Positions 48,416 through 58,000 of a stretch of 64,000 nt of DNA are shown here, piece by piece. A model generated the notes under the pieces. That model ran no database searches. It had not been told where the DNA came from and saw nothing but the letters and a program-made list of their open reading frames with translations. Made by a program: the position numbers and the translations under genes. Within the stretch, counting starts at the first letter, position 1, and every line of letters starts with the position of its first letter. Source of the DNA: Chlamydiae bacterium RIFCSPLOWO2_12_FULL_45_20 (lineage in GTDB: Bacteria > Chlamydiota > Chlamydiia > Chlamydiales > SM23-39); contig MGMD01000003.1 in assembly GCA_001796285.1 (NCBI GenBank), forward strand, positions 19,794 through 83,793, written 5' to 3'.

Positions 48416-48466
48416 GACAGCGAAAAGTGTAGCATACTCAGCATAAAACGTGATAGGAATAGAAAT

Positions 48467-48961
48467 ATGCTGACGAACCCGTTTTTTCACTGGCTTGATG
48501 TCATCTACAGTTTTTTCCTAAAATTGGGTTCGAATCTACAGAGCTTTTTTCTCCTTTATATGCGTATTACCTGGGGCCATCAATTCATCATTACGGGGAT
48601 CAAGAAATTGCAAGATATCGAAGGGACCGCCGCACTGTTTACAAAGCTTAACATCCCTTCTCCCTATTTTCATGCATATGAGGTTGGCGCTGTCGAGTCT
48701 ATTTGCGGCATCTTGCTTTTGATTGGCTTTGCTTCCCGGATTGCTGTCATTCCTCTCATAATTGTCATGCTAACGGCGCTTTCTACAGCCCATGCTGCAG
48801 CTTTAGCCAACCTCAAGTTCGTCATAGACCCCCATCTCTTGGTCATCGAACGGCCTTACCCTTACCTGATCACTTCGATTGTGGTCTTTATTTTTGGCCC
48901 TGGGAGAATCTCAATCGATGCCTGGCTGAAGCGCTGGGTGGATAATCAGCCTAGATATTAG
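48467..48961 (+). CDS. DoxX family membrane protein
   Basis: 164 aa with about 4 TM segments. The general DoxX-like pattern is present (MRITWGHQF...GIKKL). The start is uncertain. Confidence 0.55.
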   Translation: MLTNPFFHWLDVIYSFFLKLGSNLQSFFLLYMRITWGHQFIITGIKKLQDIEGTAALFTKLNIPSPYFHAYEVGAVESICGILLLIGFASRIAVIPLIIVMLTALSTAHAAALANLKFVIDPHLLVIERPYPYLITSIVVFIFGPGRISIDAWLKRWVDNQPRY

Positions 48962-48990
48962 AGACTCCATTTGCTATACTTCAAAACGAT

Positions 48991-50373
48991 ATGAGCGCAC
49001 CCTCTCAAGATTCCTTGAAACCTATTGTTGCCCTTTGCAAAAGGCGCGGGTTTGTCTACCCCGGCTCAGAACTGTATGGGGGCTTTGCCAACACCTACTC
49101 TTTTGGCCCTTATGGAGCCCAATTGAAAAAAAATATCAAAGATCTTTGGTGGAAGACCTTTGTCGAAAGGCGAAAAGACATGGTTGGGCTTGACGGGCCG
49201 ATCCTTCTCCACCCCAAAACATGGGCGGCTTCTGGACATCTTGAAGGCTTTAATGATGCCATGGTAGACTGCAAGGCTTGTAAAAGCCGCTATCGGGCGG
49301 ATCATCTTCTCGAAGAAGCGTTACAAATGGAAGCGGATCCTTTGACGCTGCAGGAAATGACAGATCTTGTCCATGCTCATCACATCCAATGTCCCAAATG
49401 CGGCAAGCGCGATTTTACCCATGCGCGCCATTTTAACCTCATGTTCTCAACGCATATGAGTAAAATAGAAGCAGGGAGCGATGTGGCTTACCTTCGTCCG
49501 GAAACAGCGCAAGCAATGTTTCTCGATTTTAAAAATATCCTCGATACAATGCGTGTTCGAGTGCCCTTTGGCATGGCTCAAATAGGAAAAGCGTTTCGGA
49601 ATGAAATCACTCCTGGCAATTTTATTTTCCGAGTGATCGAGTTTGAGCAAATGGAAATAGAGTATTTCATTCGTGAATCCAACTGGCAGGAGTCTTTTGA
49701 TAACTGGCTTAAAAGCATGCACGATTGGTGCACTCTCATCGGCCTTTCGAAACAGCACATCCATGAAAAAGAGCACCCGAAAGAGCAGCTTGCCCACTAC
49801 TCCAAACGGACGGTCGACCTCGTCTACGATTTCCCCTTTGGGACCGCTGAACTCTACGGGCTTGCTTACCGCACCAACTTCGACCTTTCCCGCCATGCGG
49901 AATGCGCGAACGTTAATTTGCAATATACGGACCCTGAAACTAAAGAAACCTTCATTCCCCACGTGATTGAGCCGACTTTTGGCGTAGAGAGGACGGTTCT
50001 CGCCCTTCTCTTGGACGCTTATGAGGAAGAGGCGCTTGAAAATGGAGAGACGCGGACGGTTCTCCATTTTGCTCCACGCATCGCACCTGTAAAAGTGGCC
50101 GTTTTTCCGCTCATGAAAAAAGAAGCTCTTGTAGAAAAAGCAACCCAGGTATTTGAGCAGCTTCAACCCCTCATGACCTCTGAGTATGACGCCTCTGGAG
50201 CCATTGGGAAACGATATAGACGTCAAGACGAATTGGGGACCCCTTTTTGCGTCACCATCGATTTTGACACTCTGGAAGACGACACCGTCACCTTAAGAGA
50301 GCGGGATTCGATGCAACAGCAAAGGGTTCCCGTTTCAGCACTTGCACCGCTTCTTTTAGAACGGTTAAGGTAA
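48991..50373 (+). CDS. glyQS: Glycine--tRNA ligase, homodimeric (alpha2, GlyQS) type
   Basis: 460 aa. The N-terminus is ALCKRRGFVYPGSELYGGFANTYSFGPYGAQLKKNIKDLWW. The class II motifs are FRNEITPGNFIFRVIEFEQMEIEYF and GVERTVLALL. Confidence 0.9.
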   Translation: MSAPSQDSLKPIVALCKRRGFVYPGSELYGGFANTYSFGPYGAQLKKNIKDLWWKTFVERRKDMVGLDGPILLHPKTWAASGHLEGFNDAMVDCKACKSRYRADHLLEEALQMEADPLTLQEMTDLVHAHHIQCPKCGKRDFTHARHFNLMFSTHMSKIEAGSDVAYLRPETAQAMFLDFKNILDTMRVRVPFGMAQIGKAFRNEITPGNFIFRVIEFEQMEIEYFIRESNWQESFDNWLKSMHDWCTLIGLSKQHIHEKEHPKEQLAHYSKRTVDLVYDFPFGTAELYGLAYRTNFDLSRHAECANVNLQYTDPETKETFIPHVIEPTFGVERTVLALLLDAYEEEALENGETRTVLHFAPRIAPVKVAVFPLMKKEALVEKATQVFEQLQPLMTSEYDASGAIGKRYRRQDELGTPFCVTIDFDTLEDDTVTLRERDSMQQQRVPVSALAPLLLERLR

Positions 50374-50766
50374 AAACCTCTCTTTTGGCCCAGGATCTTT
50401 GGGCATTTGCAACTTGTACTGGTGTCGATGCTCTGCGATGTAGCGGTAAACGATATCACCCATCTGACTAGGCAAAAAACTCAGCCAGCCGATCACCCCC
50501 CAGCCATTGCCATTCAGCCAAAAAATACGCAATATGGCCTTAGCGCGAACCCAAAATCTCCTGTCAGTGGACGCATAATACTCGACTAGAACAATGCTAT
50601 TCGCCTTGTTCATCCAATGGTGAGGCCCGATGAGAATTTCTTGGGCCGTTTCCCCTCCTAAGGGAGCGAATACAAACCGCTTATTCACATCCATTTCAAT
50701 GATATTTCTTACCTGTTTATGGCAGAAGGGACACTCATGGTCGTAAAAAATGAGATGCTCATACAT
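50365..50766 (-). CDS. Thiol-disulfide oxidoreductase DCC family (DUF393)
   Basis: It has the N-terminal CxxC in MYEHLIFYDHECPFCHKQV. The start is set at the ATG at 50766. The track ORF extends to 50817. Confidence 0.7.
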   Translation of the reverse strand: MYEHLIFYDHECPFCHKQVRNIIEMDVNKRFVFAPLGGETAQEILIGPHHWMNKANSIVLVEYYASTDRRFWVRAKAILRIFWLNGNGWGVIGWLSFLPSQMGDIVYRYIAEHRHQYKLQMPKDPGPKERFLP

Positions 50767-50898
50767 ATTTCGGCCAGAAGCTGCCCACAAAGTCAAAGAA
50801 TCTCTCCTTATACACAAAAGAATGCATTTGTGTATATACCATGTATGCGTTCAGGTGGCTTCCTCCGACCGGTTCCTAACGTGGGCCACTTTTTTCAA

Positions 50899-50919
50899 TT
50901 ATAATTAAAAAATTTAAAT
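50899..50919 (+). repeat. AT-rich upstream motif, copy 1 (ttataattaaaaaatttaaat)
   Basis: It lies 61 nt upstream of the ORF at 50981. It is nearly identical to the copy at 51953-51974, upstream of the giant ORF. Confidence 0.7.
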
Positions 50920-50980
50920 GGAGGAAGTCCAGTTGAAAAATAAATAATAATTTGATATAATTTAATTAAAAAATGATTTT

Positions 50981-51682
50981 ATGATTATAACAGATGCTTT
51001 AAACTATTTTTCTGATGGTTACTTTTTCCAAGAGAAAGGTACTTCTGGCGAAGCTCTAATTAAGGAACTTTCTCAGCATTCTCCATGTAAGGCTCTTATT
51101 GAAGAGGCTCAAAATGTTATTAAAGATTTAGGTTTATCTGCGTTAGAAGTTCGCTTAGAACCAACAAAAGGTGGATTTAATGCCGAACAAGATAACAATG
51201 TCATAAGAATCAAACCAAATTTATCTGCCAACCAGCAACGGTATTTTTTTATATTTGAGCTTACCAACCTAATTCAGCATAAAAAGCATAAGGAGATTTG
51301 GGAGTCAGCTATAAAAGGTGTGTACAAGAACCCAGAGGAATATACACGAGCTATAGAGTTTACTGAATACAATGGTTTGAAACTCGCAAATATCGTGAGT
51401 CGAGCTATAAATAAACACAATGGACGATTTTTCAGGTCCTATGTCAAAAATCCACATGAGTGGATGCCCCTTGAAAGTATGTGTTTTAATTTTTACTATA
51501 GTTTCTGTCTTCTCGATAGCCATAAAGAATGTTATCGAAAGCAATGGAGAAAACTCAATAATATTGAAAACCCTGCCACCAGTATTTTCAACAATGCTTT
51601 AAAGAGCGCCTTGAGCCTTTCAGTCATAACTTCAGTCATAGCTATAGCTTGTCGATATTGCTACTATTTAATGGACGGTTAG
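50981..51682 (+). CDS. Hypothetical protein, AT-rich orphan with C-terminal hydrophobic tail
   Basis: 233 aa. The sequence is visibly more AT-rich than its neighbours. The C-terminal segment is LSLSVITSVIAIACRYCYYL. No family was recognised. Confidence 0.45.
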   Translation: MIITDALNYFSDGYFFQEKGTSGEALIKELSQHSPCKALIEEAQNVIKDLGLSALEVRLEPTKGGFNAEQDNNVIRIKPNLSANQQRYFFIFELTNLIQHKKHKEIWESAIKGVYKNPEEYTRAIEFTEYNGLKLANIVSRAINKHNGRFFRSYVKNPHEWMPLESMCFNFYYSFCLLDSHKECYRKQWRKLNNIENPATSIFNNALKSALSLSVITSVIAIACRYCYYLMDG

Positions 51683-51951
51683 AATACAGCTCTCACCGGG
51701 TAATTCTTTAAACTTTCCTACTAACCTGTCGCATCTACATCAATCCTTTTGAGTAAGTATTGGACTTCGGATTCATACGCATCCTTGTCCAGGATCTCTG
51801 CCTCATATGCGCCTCCTATTCATCAGGTCAGCATTTACGGCTTTCTTCAGATTCCACCTCACGGTGGACACCCTTGCCTTCTCTAACGGTTCTCCCTACC
51901 AGAGCCCGTAAAGGTCTTTCACCTTCTAGTTTAGCGACATACCGGCCGCAC
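51683..51951 (-). mobile_element. Truncated group II intron, 5' part of domain I only (no IEP/reverse transcriptase, no domains V-VI)
   Basis: The minus strand starts with GTGCGGCCGG at 51951 (GUGYG consensus). It continues ...GGGTGTCCACCGTGAGGTGGAATCTGAAGAAAGCCG...CTGATGAATAGGAGGCGCATATGAGGC...GAAGTCC...ATTACCCGGTGAGAGCTG. These blocks match conserved bacterial group II domain-I sequences as I recall them. Confidence 0.6.
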
Positions 51952-51952
51952 G

Positions 51953-51974
51953 TTATAATTAAAAAATTTTAAAT
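51953..51974 (+). repeat. AT-rich upstream motif, copy 2 (ttataattaaaaaattttaaat)
   Basis: It lies 42 nt upstream of the giant ORF start and directly abuts the intron-fragment 5' end at 51951. Confidence 0.7.
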
Positions 51975-52016
51975 ATTGAACTAATATATATATTTTAATT
52001 ATAATCGCACATAATT

Positions 52017-55000
52017 ATGATTAACAATTTAACCACCACTAATTTCGAACAAATAATTAGTTGTCCCGAAAATGAGTTATATTCGGCTGAAGCCCATCAA
52101 GTCGTTGAGGATAAAGCCAGTACTCTGTACGAAGCCATTCAGCCCATTTCTGAGGAAATACAAATCTTAGAGAGATGGGATGGAAAGGGGATACTTTCCT
52201 TTGATCCCTCAAAGTTGAAACCGCTGATCTCGCATCTAACCGAAGCGGTGCCAAAGGTCCTCCATAGGGAGGCAAAGATTGATACCCTTCAGGAAAACTT
52301 TCTTGATTTGATTGCCATTGAAGACATCGTACAGTCTTATTTGACCGTCGCAAAGAAAATAATCGAATCCTATAATAAAGAAGAACAAGCAAAAGAGATT
52401 AAGAACTTCATTGAAGAAGTAGTCAATGTCATTAATATAAAAGAATTTGAAAGTCCGAGTGTTTTTTCAGAATTAATCCATGCGGTGCGCCATCCGCTCG
52501 AGACTCTTTTCCCTTCTTTAGAACAGCAAAAAAATCACTGGCAAGAAAAGTTCTGTAATAAGGCTCGATCCTTTCATACTCTTCTAATAGAGTTTCAAAT
52601 CCAAGCAAAAATAGACTTGTTAAAACAGGGAGCCTTCCAACGCGAAGCGGCAAGAATACGAGCAGAGGATCAAAATGTTTTAGTAGAGATGAGCGAAACG
52701 AGGAAAAGGTTCTGGAATGGAGTATTCTCTTTCCTACAGATTAGTTCACAGGCGATTCAGTTTATTGGAAGGGAATCGTGGGACACCGTTCTGAAAAAAG
52801 AGGTAGCAAAATACGCTCGACCTCCTTTGAATAAGGCAGAGGAAAGAGAGATAGCCTTTGTAGGAAAAGTAGTGGGAGAAAAATTAAAGGTTCTTCGTTC
52901 CATGGACGAACAAGAGTTTCGCTGCTTTACGCAAAGATTTCCTAACGTACGCCCTTTTCTCAATAAATACCGAACGAGCTCCGATCGGATCAAGCCTGAA
53001 GAGATTTCGTCCATTATGGAACAGTATAGAAATTCCCAGGTGATTCCCGCTCCATTCATAGATTGGGCCGGTGCTTTTCGCTCAGCCACGTCTCCAGAAC
53101 CCGTCAAAGTAGAGAAAACGCCTCTCGATAGCTGGCTTGCAACGCCCTCGCTCCCGGTTAATGAGAAGATTCTAGCGCATGTACTCGGGTCCTCTTTTGC
53201 TGAAGGATCAGGATTAGAGGGATACAGCTCATTTGCCATGAGAGACTTTGTAACCAGTGCACTGGCAGAGAGAAAAGCACTTGCTAAAGATCCAGAACCC
53301 TATGATAAAATATTGGCCCAGTTTCGTGTAGCTGCTCAATTTCATGCAGCTTTGATGAAAGGACCGGAAGAACTGGTTCAACAGTTTCAAAAAGAGTTAT
53401 CTTTCCTTGAAAAAAAGGGCAGTTTTTTCTTTCAAACTGGATGGACAGCTCTAGGAATAGGGCATGCCATCGTTCTTGAAGTGCTCAAGCAAGAAAATAA
53501 CCTATTTAGTTTCCGCATGTATAACAGTGGGCAGGGACTTGACTACCATGAAAAAGCGGTTTTTAAAGATCAAGCATACCACCTTCGCTTTTTTGAAATT
53601 CAGGATATTCATGCAGATCGCATAGCTAGCTTGCCTTTCTGCAAAGCGCTGTGCATGATGAAAGAGGAAGCCCCTTACGGGGTGTGGAAGGGCGTTGAGA
53701 TGTATGAAGCGCTAGGCTTACATCTGGAAGGAAAAGTGGTGACAAAAGGACCAATACTCGAACACATGTCGAAAACGCTCTCGGCCGGTTTTTGCTCCTA
53801 CCTCTCCCTTGCACACTGGATGCAAGAATTTGCTCCTGATATGTTTGGTCGTTGGCAGATCGAACTCCAAATAAAGACCTTTTCCGATTTTGTCATAGGG
53901 GCTGATCTTCACTTAGAAAGAACTCGAAAGTTAATCAAAAAAAGTGGACAGCAACTAGCGCTCAACGCACAGTCTGCTTTTGAACAGGGGATCATCTCTC
54001 GAGAAGAATGGCAACGCATTCAGCAAGAAATAGCCCAAGCTATTGTACAAGAGCCGATGGTGGGATTGCCAAGTTCTTTAGAAAGTGTGTCCTTTCAAGC
54101 TGAAGTTAGCTTACCTACGCTTATTCCAACTTTCTCTCAGAAAGAAAATGTGAAGGGGAAAAGCCTCGATCTCCTCTCGCTTGAAGAGACAAGTTTTCAT
54201 CCTGAAACTTTTTTACAGGAAACATCCTCCTGGCGCATCCGTTTTGCTCAAGAAAATGAAAACCAAAATTACGAAATTGTCAGCGAAGCCATCCTAGAAT
54301 GGATCGAGAAAATTCCATTTCAGAGAAAAGAGGAGTTGATCGCTGCTCTCAAGCCAGAAGAGGCTTCTCTCTTGCTCCATCAATTAAGCGAAATTAGTAA
54401 AGACTATATTTTCAGCGGGTTGATGATACGCGAGGTATTTATGGACCCCCCTCTTGTTCCCGTTTCGCCTCGAGCAGCATTGGCTTCCATCAAGCTTTTA
54501 ACACTGGGTCATGCGTTGAGCTCTGCCTTCCAGGAAACATGGGGGCTTTTGCTTCCTAATCTCTACCAGAAAGGAATGAATCTCATATTAGAGGGAAAAT
54601 CGGGATCCAATCATCTTTTCGATCCTCGGCTCGAAGCAGACCTTCGCTTGCTTAGGGACTACTGGAGGGAGGTCGAACCTTTTGAGACAAGAAAGGGTAA
54701 TCTCTCTTTTTTTGGATTTGAATATCTTCCAGCCAGTATGTCAGGTTCCAAAACTTCCAGAGAAGTTTGCGAGACTGAAGAGGAACGATACGAAGTGGCC
54801 AAAAGGTTGCACAAACAGAATTGGTTCCATGTGATTTGGCCAGATCTCGAGTGGATGAAAGAGTATCTCCAAAAACCTGAAATCCAACGGCAAATAGAGC
54901 TGGATCCTGATCTAGCCTCCAAACCGCTGATCGCCCAAGCACATATTTTGCTGAACAAGATAAGTGAAGATGGTTCAAAGCTCGAATCGCAGTACCCCCC

Positions 55001-58000
55001 TATTTTACCACAAGTTTTTAGACAGCTTTTTGAACTTTCCTTCTGCGTCGATTTCGTGATGGGAGCTCCTCTTTTTGAAAACGGAAAAGAAGCGACGCCG
55101 CAAAGAGAATTGGGAATCCACACGCATCGATCATCAAAGACTTTAACAGTAGATAATGAGCCGTATACGATCTGGCAGACCTCTAGCAATGTTTTCGGAG
55201 AAGAGTGTTACTCGACTCTTCCGGGGATGGAACCATATTACCAACGTCCTGGCGGCTTCGATTATATTGAACACGACTCTGCTTTGGCGCTGACCCAAGA
55301 TGCCTTCCGCCCCGAAACAGCACCCCTTTACCACAATCAGATTCATATGCACTGGTTGTTAGAGCAAAGTCATTGGAGCTATTCGAAGATTCGTAACCGG
55401 CTTGAACCTTCCGTAAGATTGCTCGAGTTTCCTGGCCATAGTCCAACTTTTCTGCCTACTCCCCCACGTCATGCTTTAGCTCTCCCAATGTCTCTTCAAC
55501 TGATGCGTGAAAAGCTAGCGCTCAGCGCTGATCCGACGCTTCAAATCAGGGAAACAGTTGCCTATTATCAAAAAAACTCACGACTTCTAGAGAATCGTGA
55601 AGATCAAATCCTCTTTAAAAAACTCTTCTTTGAACCTCCCCTTCTTCTCGACTTCTTTTTGACTCACCCCCAGGAAGTAAAAAAATTCACCTCCCATTTC
55701 GAAGAATTTTGCCACAATGGAATCAAATCTTATATCGAACTCGGGAATCCAATGACGGCCGCATTCTATCTTGAAATAACAGATAAATTCCACCGATTCC
55801 TTTCCTATATCTCTCATGAGCATCCCCAACTCATGAGCTACACTCCCCCAACCATACGTCCAATAGAACAACTGCGAGCTCTCATCAATAAAAAAATACA
55901 TGCTCCCGAAGATGAGCTCTTTCTGTATCTCGATCTCATTTTGATGCAGTCTCCCGAGACCCTCAATGCTAAAAGCGCGGTGGATCTTCTAGAGGCTACC
56001 ATGCGACTATACACTCTTCACTGGCCAGAAGAACTCGAAAGTGGGCGCCTTCGAGGGACTCCTAAGGTAGCAACATATGAATATCGAAACCCTAACTACC
56101 CTTTTGAAAAAAAAGCTCTTGCAAAAACGCATCTCCTCCGTCTTCGCGGTCCCTTGGAACGACTGCTCAAGGGGCCTCATCGAGATGACATTCTTAATAC
56201 AGTACTAAAGAGACTGAACCCCTCATTTCAGCCTATCCAATGGAAGGCTAGCCCGCAATTTCCTTACTTCACATCTTCAGACGGATCGATCTATTTCAAT
56301 CTCTTGCAAGGCCACCTCTATCAAAAAGGGGATCAGATAAAACCCCTTCCCCGTATCATTCGTGAGCATCCCGATTTATGTGCTTTCTTCGATCCCAGTC
56401 AAGTGATATTGGGATTTGAGATACAGCCAAATATGTTTGAATTCTCTTCGAAAAATGGGGAAAAAATGAGAGTATTCGTGGACCCTTCTGATCATCTCAC
56501 GATCCAAAAAGAAATGGAGGGCCGATGGGCTCAAAAAATCGTGCCATTCCCTTCTCTTCCGGAAGTATTAAAACGACAGAAGGATCATTGGCTTTCACTG
56601 GATTCTCCACACATTCTTTGGATCGGAGATCATCTTCGGGCCTCCTTACAAGGGTCGACAATCCGTGAGGTACGTCGTATGGATACAGGCTGGGAACTTG
56701 GAGATCCAAACACCCCCTTATCCAATCCACTACTTAGGATCGAAGATCCCAACTGTATTCTCCCTTGGATCGATCCAGAAAACGGAAAAATAAAGCAAAT
56801 CGACCTCCCGAGGTTTTCTCTCCATTTTGACATCGACACCGAAGGCAACGCATCGAGCACGCTTTTCGATGGGTATCGAATTGCGAATGAGCAATATATC
56901 CCAGCACTCGGCAATTTAAATAACTATCTCACATTGGAAAAAAAGAATAAAAAACTCGTACTGATACCAGCCTACCAGAGACAAGTAGAAACGCAAAAAG
57001 GATTACAAACAGACTCTCTTTTCGAGAAAAAACAATCCGCGCCCCTGCTTGTATTCGAACTGGACACAAATGAACAGCTCCTCCCACAAAGCCCAGCAGC
57101 CCGTCTTTATCTCGCCTACCTTCTTTTAACAGAACAGCGTTACGAAGAAGCGAGAAATCGACTGATAGGAACGGATTCAGATCTGCGTCCCTTACAAGCA
57201 ATGGAACGAAAGATTTTAATCTGGCTTTCCAACCCAGATACAATAGTCCAAGATTCTGATCCGAGGGCCATCGCTCTACGCTTAAAGGCCGGACTTCTTC
57301 TTTTACGCGATCAGGAACATTTCTTTTCTGAGGAACCCCAGGAAGTTTCTGCCTCGCATTATGCAGATCTACTCCAAAAATGGGATCAGGTACCGCCTCG
57401 GTTTCTTCCAACGCCAGAAGAAGAAGCCCGCCTCTCAAGATCTTTTAGACAATCAGAGTTTCCACAAATTCGATCGCGAACCAAACAATTTGAACCTTTC
57501 TCTTTTACGCGTAGTGACAAGGAAAGAGAAGCAGATGCACAGGCCATTCTTCTATTAACCGATCCTGAGTACGCTTCTGCGCTTTTCAAATGGAATAAAG
57601 TACAGAATAAGAAGACAAGTGGCTCCTCATTTTTGAGAACAAAAAAATGGGATCATAGTTTTATTTTCAACGCTTATGATTGTTTACAAAACTTAACACA
57701 AGAAAAATTAAGTCAACTCTATCTTGAATTTTTTCCAGAAAAGAAGATTTTATCTATAGCTGAGATGAAGCAAGAAATTCACGACAGCTTAAAGATGATT
57801 GCAAGAAGTGAATCACATCCTCCTGAAAGGGCGATTGCAGCGCTTCTTCTTGGGGTAATGGACCACCCTTTGTCCTTTCTCCCGCTTTCTCAAGTATCAG
57901 AATTCTTAAAAGAGGATCCATCAAGATTGTTACAATATCTTAAAGCACCCTTGGCTAAGTATTCTTTACCCTATGTGCAGCGACCTGAATATACTCCTTA

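Noticed and set aside
49447-50226. A 259-aa minus-strand ORF inside glyQS.
   Set aside because: It is entirely antisense to a strongly supported aminoacyl-tRNA synthetase gene and has no recognisable motifs. It is a shadow ORF. The same reasoning applies to 27008-27640 (antisense to truA/marC), 45701-46186 (antisense to glgA), 4074-4565 (antisense to plsX), 13985-14434 and 35222-35638.
50836-50889. A possible group II intron domain V/VI remnant (gtatgcg...ccgaccggttcctaacgtgggccac) next to AT-rich motif copy 1.
   Set aside because: It contains GUAUGCG and CGGUUC strings reminiscent of domain V. However, I cannot draw the required 14-bp helix with its AC bulge and GNRA loop. The orientation relative to the 51951 fragment is also inconsistent. 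It should be treated as unproven.
51760-51972. A 70-aa plus-strand ORF (MDFGFIRILVQ...SDSTSRWTPLPSLTV...).
   Set aside because: It is the antisense translation of the group II intron domain-I fragment. This kind of peptide is a typical artefact of structured RNA, and no start context supports it.
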